The notes: generated by a model from the sequence alone, not told the origin. A stretch of 64,000 nt of DNA from an uncultured Desulfospira sp. (GCA_963663165.1 OY760175.1:1440001-1504000), one strand, 5' to 3'. Counted from the stretch's first letter, positions 1-9,460 are shown. Program-made: numbers and translations.

Positions 1-1876
1 TGAATTCCTGATACCACAACTCAAACATCAGAAAACTCCACAACACAGCCGCATAGCTCCTTTTTTTAGACTGGTGGGTTTCCCATATTTTTTTTACCTC
101 GCCCATGTTGAAAAAATGGCCCAGGCCGGATTCAGCAGAAAACAGGGTTGAAGAGGCCAGTTCTTTTAGCTCGCCTGTGAACCAGTCATCCAAGGGAACG
201 GAAAATCCCATCTTCTTTCGATAAAGTATGCTGTCAGGCAGCACCCCGGAAAGGCCCTGCTTCATGATATATTTTTTCTCTCCCTGCCGGTACTTCAGCC
301 GGGCGGGAAGGGATGCGGCAAACTCTATGACTTTTTTATCCAGAATAGGCGCCCTGACTTCCAGAGAATGGGCCATGCTCATTCGATCAACTTTGACCAG
401 AATATCACCGGGCAGATAAGATTTTAAATCCGCATACAAAATTTTGGAAAGGTGATTGTCGGTATCGGCTTTATTGTAGTAGGCCCGGGTAACGGAAAAC
501 GGATCGTAGTCTCCGATCTTCTGACGGGTTCCTTCCGTGACAACCCGGTCCCAGAGGCTTTGTTCAAATTGGGTGTTTGTCAGATAGAATCCGTAATCGG
601 AATCGAAGCTTAACGAATTCAACAGGGTATGGCCCCGTCTGGCCATGCTCATATTCCAGGGGGCCAGTACTTTTGCAAGCAACGGAATAATTGATTTCCT
701 CGTCCATGCCGGGAATTTGTTCCTGATCCGATTTTCGATATCATCAATATAGTATTTTTCATAACCTGCAAAATTTTCATCCCCTCCGTCTCCGGAAAGG
801 GCAACGGTTACCTTTTCCCTTGCAAGCTTGCAGACGTAATAGGTTGGCACCGCCGAAGAGTCGGCAAAGGGTTCGTCAAAATGAAAGGCAAGGTCTTTTA
901 AAATATGTTCGGCCCTGTTTTTGACGGTAAACTCGTTGTGGTCCGTATGATACAAATCGGCAACAATGCGGGCAAACCGGATCTCATCGTAAATTTTTGA
1001 GTCAAAGCCGATGGAACAGGTGGTGACCGGCTGATCCTGCTGTCCGGCCATGAGTGCGACAATCCCGCTGGAATCAATACCGCCGCTTAAGAATGCGCCT
1101 AAGGGGACATCGCTGATCATCCTGTACTTAACGCTTTGGGTTAGTATTTCAAAAAATTGCTCTTTGGCACTTTCAATTGAATACCCGGAATTTTCCTTAA
1201 ATGAGATGTCCCAGTATTCCTTTTCTTCCAACCCGTTTTTTGTGCAGGTCAGGTAATGCCCCGGTTTTAGTTTGAAAATATTTTTATAAATGGTTTTAGG
1301 GTCCGGCACGTACTGATATTTAAAATAATCGTAAAACGCCTCATAATTCATCTGTCGCTCTACGCCAGGATCTTCCAGAATGGATTTAATTTCCGATGCA
1401 AAAACCAGACTTTTTCCATTGGTATAATAAAATAACGGTTTTTTTCCGATAGGGTCCCTTGCAAGAAAAAGGGTGGACGCATCCGCATCCCAAAGGGCAA
1501 AAGAAAACATACCTCTCAAATATTGCAGGCATTTTTCTTTGTATTCCCTGTAAAGGTATAAAATCACCTCTGTATCCGTGTCACTCTTAAACGAATACCC
1601 TTTTTTAATTAAATCTTTTCGGAGTTCAATAAAATTGTAAATTTCACCGTTAAATACAATCCATAACCCGGCATCGGCGGTTGCCATGGGCTGATGCCCT
1701 TTTTCGGACAAGTCAATGATACTCAGCCGCCGGTGCCCAAACCCCACTGGTCCCTGGGCATATACCCCCTGATCATCCGGTCCCCTGTAGGCAATCTTGT
1801 CACACATTTGTTTTATCAGATCGCAAGAGACGGATTCATGGCCGGCATAATTAAATTTTCCTGCTATTCCACACAT
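1..1876 (-). CDS. asnB: Asparagine synthase (glutamine-hydrolysing) / XrtA-system amidotransferase; 3' end runs off the window
   Basis: Missing from the ORF track. Reverse strand starts ATG TGT GGA ATA (MCGIAG, Ntn Cys2) at 1876. Contains HRGPD, LGHRRLSIID, FNGEIYN, AFLSGGIDSS, LSGDGGDE and DRMSMAHSLEVRAP motifs and reads ...LWSFLMFELWYQEF at the window edge. Confidence 0.93.
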   Translation of the reverse strand, partial: MCGIAGKFNYAGHESVSCDLIKQMCDKIAYRGPDDQGVYAQGPVGFGHRRLSIIDLSEKGHQPMATADAGLWIVFNGEIYNFIELRKDLIKKGYSFKSDTDTEVILYLYREYKEKCLQYLRGMFSFALWDADASTLFLARDPIGKKPLFYYTNGKSLVFASEIKSILEDPGVERQMNYEAFYDYFKYQYVPDPKTIYKNIFKLKPGHYLTCTKNGLEEKEYWDISFKENSGYSIESAKEQFFEILTQSVKYRMISDVPLGAFLSGGIDSSGIVALMAGQQDQPVTTCSIGFDSKIYDEIRFARIVADLYHTDHNEFTVKNRAEHILKDLAFHFDEPFADSSAVPTYYVCKLAREKVTVALSGDGGDENFAGYEKYYIDDIENRIRNKFPAWTRKSIIPLLAKVLAPWNMSMARRGHTLLNSLSFDSDYGFYLTNTQFEQSLWDRVVTEGTRQKIGDYDPFSVTRAYYNKADTDNHLSKILYADLKSYLPGDILVKVDRMSMAHSLEVRAPILDKKVIEFAASLPARLKYRQGEKKYIMKQGLSGVLPDSILYRKKMGFSVPLDDWFTGELKELASSTLFSAESGLGHFFNMGEVKKIWETHQSKKRSYAAVLWSFLMFELWYQEF

Positions 1877-1948
1877 TTTATGGTAACAGTACCGTTCCTG
1901 GACTTACAGACAGCTGATTCATTCTTGTGCCTTAATATCCAAGCCTTT

Positions 1949-3010
1949 TTATAATGGGATATATTTTCTGGTTGAACTGCCAAATGCTGTCGACAGTGAT
2001 ACCGGCAGTTTCTTTATTATGGATTCGGCACGTTCTCTTGTCTTAAATTTAGAATCGCCCGAGCAGTTAAACTTTATTTTTATCTGGTTATCACCATTAT
2101 CATTGACTAATTCAGCCCAATGGAGGGATTCCGGCTGTGCCCCCCATTGTTTCTTAAAATTATACGTGCCTTCACCAATAGTCGAACGTCCAAAATCAAA
2201 AGACTTGAAGCCGTTATCGGCTGCAAATTTTAAAAAGGTCCAATATAGCATCATGTTGGGGTTGAGTTTATTGAACCTTCGCAGGGAAGAGGCCCAGGGA
2301 ATGGACACCACATTAGGGTGGCACAGAATGACCCCGGCGGCCGCAGGGTCACCTGAAGGCGTATAAACAATGCCTAAATGGGCCCGGTTCCCATAAAATT
2401 TTAAAATGGAATGTATCCATTTTCTGCTGTGGACCGGTGATCCAAGATCCCGCATGTTTTCAGAAAAAACTGAATAAAAATCGTTTAATAACCCCAAGGA
2501 CCCAATGACCGATGCCAGGCCGTTTTTATATGCTTTTTTTACCTGGCTGCGAACCTTGGCTTTTAATCCGGATAGCACTTTGTCAGCACCTGAAGACAGA
2601 TTAAGCACCATTCTAACTTTCTGTTTATTTACAGTGTTTTCTGAAACGAATCCTGCAAAAGGCCTGGTAGACCGTATGCTTAATTGGCCGCTCTGTGACA
2701 GCTTTAATGCCTGTTGCAACATTTTTTTTTCGATTGACTCATTATCTGCTAAAGGCCCGCCTGCATCACAATACGGAAGGGATATGAGATTTCTTTTTAT
2801 AAAAAAGGGCTTAAAGTTGACCAGTGGCAAAACGCCTTTGATCTGATTGCTATCCTCTGCCATAAGATAGCAGCATTCAAATTTATAGGCTTTTTCAACC
2901 GCCTGCTTCCAGGAAAAAAGCTGGTAACCGGTCCCTTGAGGATGCGAAAGAACATACTTGTCCCAAGCTTCTTTATCTGAATTCCCGGCTATTTTTATTA
3001 TTTGATTCGT
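1949..3010 (-). CDS. FemAB-like (GNAT) protein of the XrtA/PEP-CTERM EPS system; probable start codon reads ACG
   Basis: The ORF-track protein (LISLPYCDAGG, FDFGRS, NFKKQWGA) extends in frame 49 codons upstream (WDKYVLSHPQGTGYQLFSWKQAVEKAY) to ACG at 3010, which has AGGA 9 nt upstream. Confidence 0.85.
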   Translation of the reverse strand, partial: TNQIIKIAGNSDKEAWDKYVLSHPQGTGYQLFSWKQAVEKAYKFECCYLMAEDSNQIKGVLPLVNFKPFFIKRNLISLPYCDAGGPLADNESIEKKMLQQALKLSQSGQLSIRSTRPFAGFVSENTVNKQKVRMVLNLSSGADKVLSGLKAKVRSQVKKAYKNGLASVIGSLGLLNDFYSVFSENMRDLGSPVHSRKWIHSILKFYGNRAHLGIVYTPSGDPAAAGVILCHPNVVSIPWASSLRRFNKLNPNMMLYWTFLKFAADNGFKSFDFGRSTIGEGTYNFKKQWGAQPESLHWAELVNDNGDNQIKIKFNCSGDSKFKTRERAESIIKKLPVSLSTAFGSSTRKYIPL

Positions 3011-3016
3011 AGCCTG

Positions 3017-3255
3017 TTATCCTAAATTTACAATAAGGTTTTCTATCGTCTTGAGGCATTCCGGGAGTTTTGAGTGGATTTGCTCAAAGTTTTCCATATT
3101 AAGTCTACCACGACCTCAAACTTCTTGACCTGCCCTGATTTGATGGTATCTATGATTTCCGGGGACATGCCGTCCGTTTTAATGGACATGGAAACCTGAA
3201 AGCCCCTGATCGCCCGTTTGAACTGATCTGTTTTATATGTTAACCGGTCTTCCAT
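3017..3255 (-). pseudogene. HI0074-family (HepT-like HEPN) protein, internally deleted and frameshifted
   Basis: N-terminal part QVKKFEVVVDLIWKT. A C-terminal-like helix FEQIHSKLPECLKTIENLIVNLG* lies in another frame and ends at 3017. No RX4-6H motif remains. Confidence 0.7.
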
Positions 3256-3554
3256 ACTTTAGTATATTTTGATGCCTGGTTTTTAAAATCAGAGTTAACT
3301 GTATCAAAATTGATGAGATCGACTTCATAAGGGACAATACTCTCATCCAAGAATGCATAAAATTTTATTGAAACAGCCTCAAACTCCCTCTCATCTATGC
3401 CCTGTATACCGATATCAAAATCTGAGCCTTTTTTTATATTATCCATTGCTCTGGAACCAAACAGAATCTTGCACGATTTTCCCCGGCACAGGCGGGTCAG
3501 CTCCTCACGGAGGATCCGTTCGTACTTTTCTTCGTATTTTTTGTCGAGTTCCAC
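3240..3554 (-). CDS. Minimal nucleotidyltransferase (MntA-like antitoxin)
   Basis: LFGSRAMDNIKKGSDFD = GSx10DxD motif, plus VDLI; 104 aa; overlaps the HEPN-like gene. Confidence 0.88.
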   Translation of the reverse strand: MELDKKYEEKYERILREELTRLCRGKSCKILFGSRAMDNIKKGSDFDIGIQGIDEREFEAVSIKFYAFLDESIVPYEVDLINFDTVNSDFKNQASKYTKVWKTG

Positions 3555-3563
3555 TATATTCTT

Positions 3564-3653
3564 CTTCGCGCCTCTGCGGCTTTGCGTGATTATTGAAAAG
3601 ACTCAATGCGGCTTTGCCGCATTTTGGTTTTGGACTCTCGCAAAGGCGCAAAG
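3564..3653. repeat. 8-bp periodic repeat arms (GGCGCAAA type) with a GCAAAGC mini-hairpin
   Basis: cttcgcgcctctgcggctttgcgtga (3564-3589), tgcggctttgccgca (3607-3621), tctcgcaaaggcgcaaag (3636-3653). Confidence 0.75.
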
Positions 3654-3674
3654 GTTTTTAATTGAGTTCACTTG

Positions 3675-4538
3675 TTACATGGGCAACGCCTTGATGTTTT
3701 CGATATATTTTGCGCAGGTGATAAACTGATGATCTTGAAATGAGTTTATCAAATTTTTTAATTTGGTTTCGGTTTTATCCAAATTAATGTAATGCCTGAA
3801 TTTAAACCCGGTAGAGGCCTGTTCCACCCTTGGCTGCTCTGGATCAAATTCCCATGGGTGGGCGTAAAAAACAAAAGCGCTGTCCTTTTTTAAAACCAAT
3901 TTCATACCAAGCTTAAAAAAGGGAAAGGGATATAACCTGAAATATCCGCCTCCCCCCAAAGGAAATATCTTTCTCATAAGCTTGAGATTGCTCAACGGCA
4001 GTTCATAAAACCGATCCGAAATTTTAAACAGACCGTCTTTTTTTGGGGCAGCTGACAGATCAATTGTTCCGTACCGGCCATGTGCTGAAAAAGAATTATA
4101 GCTTGAATCATATGTATATCCAGCCTGCTCGATGGAACATAATACCGTATCATTGACGGCAAAACTGGGTGCCCGGTATCCAAAAACCGGACTTCCGGTC
4201 ATATCCTCTAAAAGAAATTTACTTGTTTTGAGATCTTCAAGCAGGTCTTGTGGGGTCAGATTGGCACACAGGTGATGGTTAAATCCATGGGATGCGATTT
4301 CATGGCCCCGGCTTTGAATTTCCCTGACCAGATTGGGACATTTTTGGGCAATCCATCCCAGGACGAAAAAGGTTGCTTTGGGTTTGAATGGAAAACTGTC
4401 GAGAAAATCAAGGATGTTATGGGTATTTTTTTCTACCCGTAACTCAAAAGAATTCCAGGTTGAGAATTCGATATAACTTTTGAAATTCTCAACCTGGAAC
4501 CAGTCTTCTACGTCAAAGGTTAATAGGATGGGCCCCAT
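3675..4538 (-). CDS. XrtA-system polysaccharide deacetylase (DUF3473-type)
   Basis: TFDVEDWFQ, ATFFVLGW, HEIASHG, GYRAPSF, GGGYFRL and HPWEFDP motifs. Confidence 0.92.
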   Translation of the reverse strand: MGPILLTFDVEDWFQVENFKSYIEFSTWNSFELRVEKNTHNILDFLDSFPFKPKATFFVLGWIAQKCPNLVREIQSRGHEIASHGFNHHLCANLTPQDLLEDLKTSKFLLEDMTGSPVFGYRAPSFAVNDTVLCSIEQAGYTYDSSYNSFSAHGRYGTIDLSAAPKKDGLFKISDRFYELPLSNLKLMRKIFPLGGGGYFRLYPFPFFKLGMKLVLKKDSAFVFYAHPWEFDPEQPRVEQASTGFKFRHYINLDKTETKLKNLINSFQDHQFITCAKYIENIKALPM

Positions 4539-5884
4539 TATTGTTGATTAAATTCCCGACCGATGCCGTGATACTCAAATCCGGCTTCCCGGACCTCTTC
4601 AGGATCATATTGATTCCGGCCGTCAAAGATGACCGGTTCTTTCATCAGCTCCTTCATTTTCTTGAAATCCGGCTGCCGGAAGGCCTTCCATTCCGTGACC
4701 AGGAGCAGGGCATCTGCATCTTTTATGGCCTCATACTGGGTATCGGCCATGCAGATCTTTTGATCGTCAATATATGCTTTGGGCAGCTCTTTTTTGGCCT
4801 GTTCCATGGCCACCGGATCATAGGCGTTTATTATGCCGCCTGCCTGGATTAATGCATTGATCAGAACAATGGAGGAGGCTTCCCTCATATCGTCTGTTCC
4901 CGGCTTAAAGGAAAGACCCCATAGACAGAAAGTTTTTCCTGAAAGGTCCCGGCCGAAGCGGTTGATGATTTTTTCGGGCAGGATCATTTTCTGGGCGTTG
5001 TTTCTGTTTTCAACCGCATCCAGGACCAGGGGATCAAATCCGTTGTCTTTGCTGGTTTTAATAAGGGCTTTTACATCTTTGGGAAAGCAGGAACCGCCAT
5101 AGCCGCAGCCCGGATAAATAAAAGAATATCCGATCCGGCTGTCTGATCCGATTCCTTTTCTGACATTTTCCACATCCACCCCCAGCCGTTCACAGAGATT
5201 TGAGATTTCATTCATAAAAGAAATCTTGGTGGCCAGCATGGAATTGGCGGCATATTTGGTCATTTCAGCGTCCCGGACATTCATCAAAATAACCTTTTCC
5301 CTATTTCTGGAAAAGGGCGCATAAAGCCGTTTCATAATCTTGGCCGCCCGGTCTGAATTGGCACCGACCACAATCCGGTCTGGTTTTAAAAAATCATTGA
5401 CCGCAGCCCCCTCTTTTAAAAATTCCGGGTTGGAGACCACATCGAATTCAACCGTTACCCCTCTTTCTTCAAGGGCTTCATTAATGGTTGCCCGAACCTT
5501 GTCCGCCGTTCCCACAGGTACAGTTGATTTGTCCACAACAACTGAATACTTGGTGATGTGCTGACCGATCTCCCGGGCTACCTGAAGGACGTACTGCAGA
5601 TCGGCAGACCCGTCTTCCCCGGGCGGGGTTCCCACGGCAATGAAAAAAATGTTTGAATTGGCCGCAGCCTGTTCCAGGCTGGTGGTAAATTCCAATGTGC
5701 CCTCTTTGTAATTATTGATTACCAAAGATTCAAGACCTGGCTCGTAGATAGGAAGAATTCCGCTCTTAAGCCCGTTGATTTTGCCTTCATCCACATCTAC
5801 ACAGGTGACTCGTGATCCCATTTCAGCAAAACAGGCGCCTGTGACCAGGCCAACGTATCCGGTTCCAATAATTGTAATATTCAT
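4538..5884 (-). CDS. ugd: UDP-glucose 6-dehydrogenase
   Basis: GTGYVG Rossmann fold, KSTVPVGT, SNPEFLKEG, catalytic GYGGSCFPKD. Confidence 0.95.
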   Translation of the reverse strand: MNITIIGTGYVGLVTGACFAEMGSRVTCVDVDEGKINGLKSGILPIYEPGLESLVINNYKEGTLEFTTSLEQAAANSNIFFIAVGTPPGEDGSADLQYVLQVAREIGQHITKYSVVVDKSTVPVGTADKVRATINEALEERGVTVEFDVVSNPEFLKEGAAVNDFLKPDRIVVGANSDRAAKIMKRLYAPFSRNREKVILMNVRDAEMTKYAANSMLATKISFMNEISNLCERLGVDVENVRKGIGSDSRIGYSFIYPGCGYGGSCFPKDVKALIKTSKDNGFDPLVLDAVENRNNAQKMILPEKIINRFGRDLSGKTFCLWGLSFKPGTDDMREASSIVLINALIQAGGIINAYDPVAMEQAKKELPKAYIDDQKICMADTQYEAIKDADALLLVTEWKAFRQPDFKKMKELMKEPVIFDGRNQYDPEEVREAGFEYHGIGREFNQQ

Positions 5885-5954
5885 TTTTTTTTATTTACCT
5901 TTTTAATTTGTAACTATTCCGCGAATGCTAAAAACTAAGCAGAAATCAGGGTCC

Positions 5955-6061
5955 GTAACTGTTCATCAGTGCTTCATATTTGTTTAGTCAGGACTTCGTA
6001 GCATACTTTTGCTATGTGAGAAGGCCTGAATGAGCGAAGATGGGGCACTGCTGAACAGTTA
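5955..6061. mobile_element. ~107-bp palindromic MITE/REP-like element whose right end is interrupted by the IS
   Basis: Terminal inverted repeats taactgttcatcagtgc / gcactgctgaacagtta (16/17 match). A partial extra end gtaactattc lies at 5910. Confidence 0.65.
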
Positions 6062-7442
6062 GGGATGTGGTAAAATTAAAACCCACAATTCATTCCTCAT
6101 AGCATGGAATATCAACAGCCCATTTTTCAATCCCTGGAATCCGAATAATTTTGTTTTCTATATTATTCACGGCGGACTTGACCAAACGTACCCCTGTCGG
6201 GTAAACACCTTTGATTAATTTGACGACAGGATTTTCTCCTTTCCATGTCATTGTTCGACATAGACCGAGAACCTTTTCAATTTTGTTCAGCAATTCGCCT
6301 TTCCAATGATTTTCCAAAACACCCCAAACTCGCTCTATTGGGTTGTATTTACTGTGGTACGGGGGATAGTACACCAAACTAATATTTACAAATGCTGATT
6401 TGGCAAAGTCCACGAGGCGACTAATGAATTGGCTCCTTCGGCTACTATTTTCCGGCCCATTATCAAGATTGATCACCAGTGTATGTGGGGCGAATCTTGC
6501 GTTCAAAGAAGGCCAGAGTGATTCCAGCGCATCAATCATGAAATCAGAGGTGATGTTGCTTTCAGTGAAGTACATATAATTTTCATCCAGAGCAGGTATG
6601 TTGATACCGAAAAGTTTCAAAAGGGAATCGGGTTTAAAATCATGGTCCGCCGCTTTAAGATTGCAACGACTATATCCGCCTCGGGAATAAGGCCCTATTT
6701 TAATAGTGGCTTTTGCGTCCATTGAGATACGTAAAACGCCATCTGTTTCATCGGCTAGTTGGTTTGTCCTATGCACATATTCAAAAATGATGTCTGTTTC
6801 AGGAATTTTTTTTTTACCTTGGCTTTGGCGACCTTCTTCAGTTTAAAACCCAATTTATTCATTATGGTGGATAGAGTCCGTACTGTTGGCATATTCTCAG
6901 GGTCATATCCCATGTCGTCAACTAATCGACGGAATACTTCATTCGCAGATATTGGGGAATATAAATTCTGGGTACGGAATGTAGGATCAGTCTGACATAT
7001 AGGGTTTACAATACGAGTTATGTCCTCTTTTAAATTCGGAAAATGTTCTAAACACGATTTCCGGCCTCGTCCGGAAAAATTATCAACACAGGTAACTCCG
7101 CTTTCTATTTCCCGTCGCCCTTTGATTATTGTTTTCCGATCCCAACCCAGTTCTCTTTCAGCCTTTAGTTGTCCGCCGTGCCCCATAAGGGAGACAACGC
7201 GTGCCATGAATTGGCGCCGTTCATGGCCTTTTAATTTGCTTCGAGTGGTATTCAGAAAATCCTTTAGTGGTGGCGTTAATTCCGATATAGTTTTGGGTAA
7301 ATTGTGCTTAGAATGATCAAACATGGTCCTCCTGTATTTTTTATGTAATCTTCCATGTTGACCATAAACTATCGATTCCATGTTGTCTATAGAAATCAGA
7401 ATTCAGACTATGGAATTGTGGATATTAATTTTTCTGAGGCCC
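6062..7442 (-). mobile_element. ISAzo13-family insertion sequence, 1381 bp
   Basis: Imperfect 30-bp terminal IRs starting GGG (22/30 match), TTA duplicated at 6059-6061 and 7443-7445, transposase inside. Confidence 0.85.
6090..7324 (-). CDS. ISAzo13-family DDE transposase split into two ORFs joined by a -1 frameshift
   Basis: ORF A (6755-7324, SD GGAGG, HTH-like, QTDPTFRT) and ORF B (ISMDAKA, NLDNGPEN, YYPPYHSKYNPIER). An A10 run at 6806-6815 gives KKIPETDIIF in the -1 frame. Confidence 0.88.
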
Positions 7443-8279
7443 TTACTTTAATTTTTCAATTTTTATTTCAATAAGAAACACCAGGTACACCAAGACAAGC
7501 GCCGTGCCAAAAATAATCAGCCCGGACATGTCATGGAGAAACCCATGGGCGGTTTCAGGGCCCACCCAGGCAGCCAATCCGCCGGTGATGGTCAGCCGGA
7601 CCACATTAACGGCTACGGCAATGGGAATGGCCGATAAAAATAAGATCCACTTTTTTAATGTTGTTAAAGGTGCCAGGAAAGAAAATGCGCCGGTCAACGC
7701 CAGCAAAGACGTCAGGGACCGTATCCCGGAACAGGCATCCACTACCTCAAGGGAAGTGTTGGACAGGTGAAGAATATTTCCTTCCCGGAATACCGGAATC
7801 CCCAGCATGCCGATGGTCTCGCTGGAAATGCCGGCCGCAAACATTTGCAGGGGAAAGGCGATTTTATTCCATATAATGGCAGGGATGGGGATCATCATGA
7901 TCAAATAAAGGACCGGAACCATAACCACTCTATACATCGTGAATCCATAACAATAAACAATGATGCCGGAAATGGTAATGATCATGGAAAACCGCATTAA
8001 AAACAACTCTGATCCCACATTGCCTGCAATATGGATCAACATGCCCAGGATAATGATATATAGCCCTGTGTTTGATGGATCTTTAGGGGTCCGGCGAATT
8101 TCATGCTGCCGGTACCAGACCATATATAAAGAAACAAAGGGGATCAAAAACCCATGGGAAAAATTGGCATCCGTGGACCAGTCTGAGATGAGTTTCAGGA
8201 TGGCATGGTGATACAGGAAGCCGAAAGCTATAACGAGGAAGGCGAGTTGGTATATGTTTTTTTTCATTTGGACTTTCAT
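7443..8279 (-). CDS. xrtA: Exosortase A
   Basis: Multi-TM protein; FSHGFLIP, catalytic VVDACSGIRS, NVVR, GFLH (Cys-Arg-His triad). Start may be 8267. Confidence 0.93.
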   Translation of the reverse strand: MKVQMKKNIYQLAFLVIAFGFLYHHAILKLISDWSTDANFSHGFLIPFVSLYMVWYRQHEIRRTPKDPSNTGLYIIILGMLIHIAGNVGSELFLMRFSMIITISGIIVYCYGFTMYRVVMVPVLYLIMMIPIPAIIWNKIAFPLQMFAAGISSETIGMLGIPVFREGNILHLSNTSLEVVDACSGIRSLTSLLALTGAFSFLAPLTTLKKWILFLSAIPIAVAVNVVRLTITGGLAAWVGPETAHGFLHDMSGLIIFGTALVLVYLVFLIEIKIEKLK

Positions 8280-8701
8280 TGGGACTTGGGACTTGGGACT
8301 TGGGACTTGGGGGGAGTTTCCCTTAATTGATCCCGAAGCTTGAAGTTTTTAAATCCTGTCAGCAACCTGCTAACTCTATCGATGAGCGCAAGGACCGTTT
8401 CCTTTGATTCTGAGTTAATATATCCCAACTTGCTTGAAATTTCTATCTGGGTATCTAATTCATAAAGCGAACCTTTTGCAATATCAAGGAAACGGGTGAG
8501 TTCTTTAATGGTATATCTTCCGTGTCCTTCTGCTATATTCGATGGGATTGAAACGGCACATCTCCTCATTTGTGCGATCAAGCCGTATTGTTCATGACTT
8601 AGGAATCTTTTAGTTATTGTATAAACCAATAAAACCAAATCCATAGATCGTTGCCAGACCGCTAACGTCTTGAAACTATATTTATTTTTCTCATGCCCCA
8701 T
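8276..8701 (-). CDS. Four helix bundle protein (23S rRNA IVP / Avd-like family)
   Basis: FKTLAVWQRSMDL, EQYGLIAQMRRCAVSIPSNIAEGHGR, FLDIAKGSLYELDTQ. The C-terminus runs into the repeat (PKSQVPSPKSQ). The ORF-track start 8722 lies inside the repeat. Confidence 0.92.
   Translation of the reverse strand: MGHEKNKYSFKTLAVWQRSMDLVLLVYTITKRFLSHEQYGLIAQMRRCAVSIPSNIAEGHGRYTIKELTRFLDIAKGSLYELDTQIEISSKLGYINSESKETVLALIDRVSRLLTGFKNFKLRDQLRETPPKSQVPSPKSQ
8280..8312. repeat. Heptamer tandem array (GGGACTT)n, closing arm of the four-helix cassette
   Basis: tgggacttgggacttgggacttgggacttgggg. Confidence 0.95.
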
Positions 8702-8732
8702 ACCCCAAGTCCCATATCTCAAGCCCCAAGTC
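8696..8732. repeat. Inverted heptamer array (AAGTCCC-type), opening arm of the four-helix cassette
   Basis: ccccataccccaagtcccatatctcaagccccaagtc. Confidence 0.9.
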
Positions 8733-9367
8733 TAATTAGGAATATGCACTTTCAAAGCTGGATAAACTGCTTTTGCGTAATCTTTCAGAATATTAAGGCT
8801 GTCCTCTTCGGTGGTTATGACAGGGGAAATCAATCGGACAAAGGACCCGTCAGTCCGGTTTTTCGTGATGGAGTCGATCACCAGCCAGATTTTTTGCATA
8901 TACTCTGAAGCGATGATCCTGCCCCGGGACTGAAACCAGTAAAGAACCACCATTTTTTCAGGTCCTTTGGCCAGCAGGAGTTTGATTACCTTTCCCGGCT
9001 GTCCGGTATCGTCCAGGACGACGGGGATCGCTGAGCTTTCAATGATATTCCATCCGGCACCCGGCATGCAGTTTTTGGGGGAATGGATAAGGTCCCCTTC
9101 CTTCTGGCTCTGGTAAAATCCCACATAAAGGTTGACCTGTTCACCCGATGTCTTCCGGTAATCGGCCATGATATAATCTTCAACCCCGAGAATGTTATAG
9201 ACTTTTTGATCCATCTGGCCTCTCGTCCCCTGCCAGGGGCCTATTGTCAGGGGGAATTCACTAAAAGGCTTATTGGGGGCAATCCGTTCGGAGTGGCTTG
9301 CCAATGCCGTCAGGCCTGCGGTGATCAGCAGGATGGCGACAATGATTATGGTTCGTTTAATGGTCAT
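8732..9367 (-). CDS. epsI: Exosortase-associated EpsI family protein
   Basis: N-terminal TM, YVGFYQSQ, IHSPKNCMPGAGW, VLYWFQ, RTDGSFVR. Confidence 0.9.
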   Translation of the reverse strand: MTIKRTIIIVAILLITAGLTALASHSERIAPNKPFSEFPLTIGPWQGTRGQMDQKVYNILGVEDYIMADYRKTSGEQVNLYVGFYQSQKEGDLIHSPKNCMPGAGWNIIESSAIPVVLDDTGQPGKVIKLLLAKGPEKMVVLYWFQSRGRIIASEYMQKIWLVIDSITKNRTDGSFVRLISPVITTEEDSLNILKDYAKAVYPALKVHIPN

Positions 9368-9380
9368 TATTTTTATATGA

Positions 9381-9460
9381 GGGTACGGGATATGGGACCT
9401 GGGATTTGGGGTTACCTATCGGCACTCTCCGCAGGTCCCACGTCCCATATCCCATATCCG
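9381..9460. repeat. Empty inverted pair of heptamer arrays
   Basis: gggtacgggatatgggacctgggatttgggg ... aggtcccacgtcccatatcccatatccg. Confidence 0.9.

Noticed and set aside
8276..8701. Diversity-generating retroelement (Avd-like gene)
   Set aside because: No reverse transcriptase, and no template/variable repeat pair with adenine-specific differences was seen.
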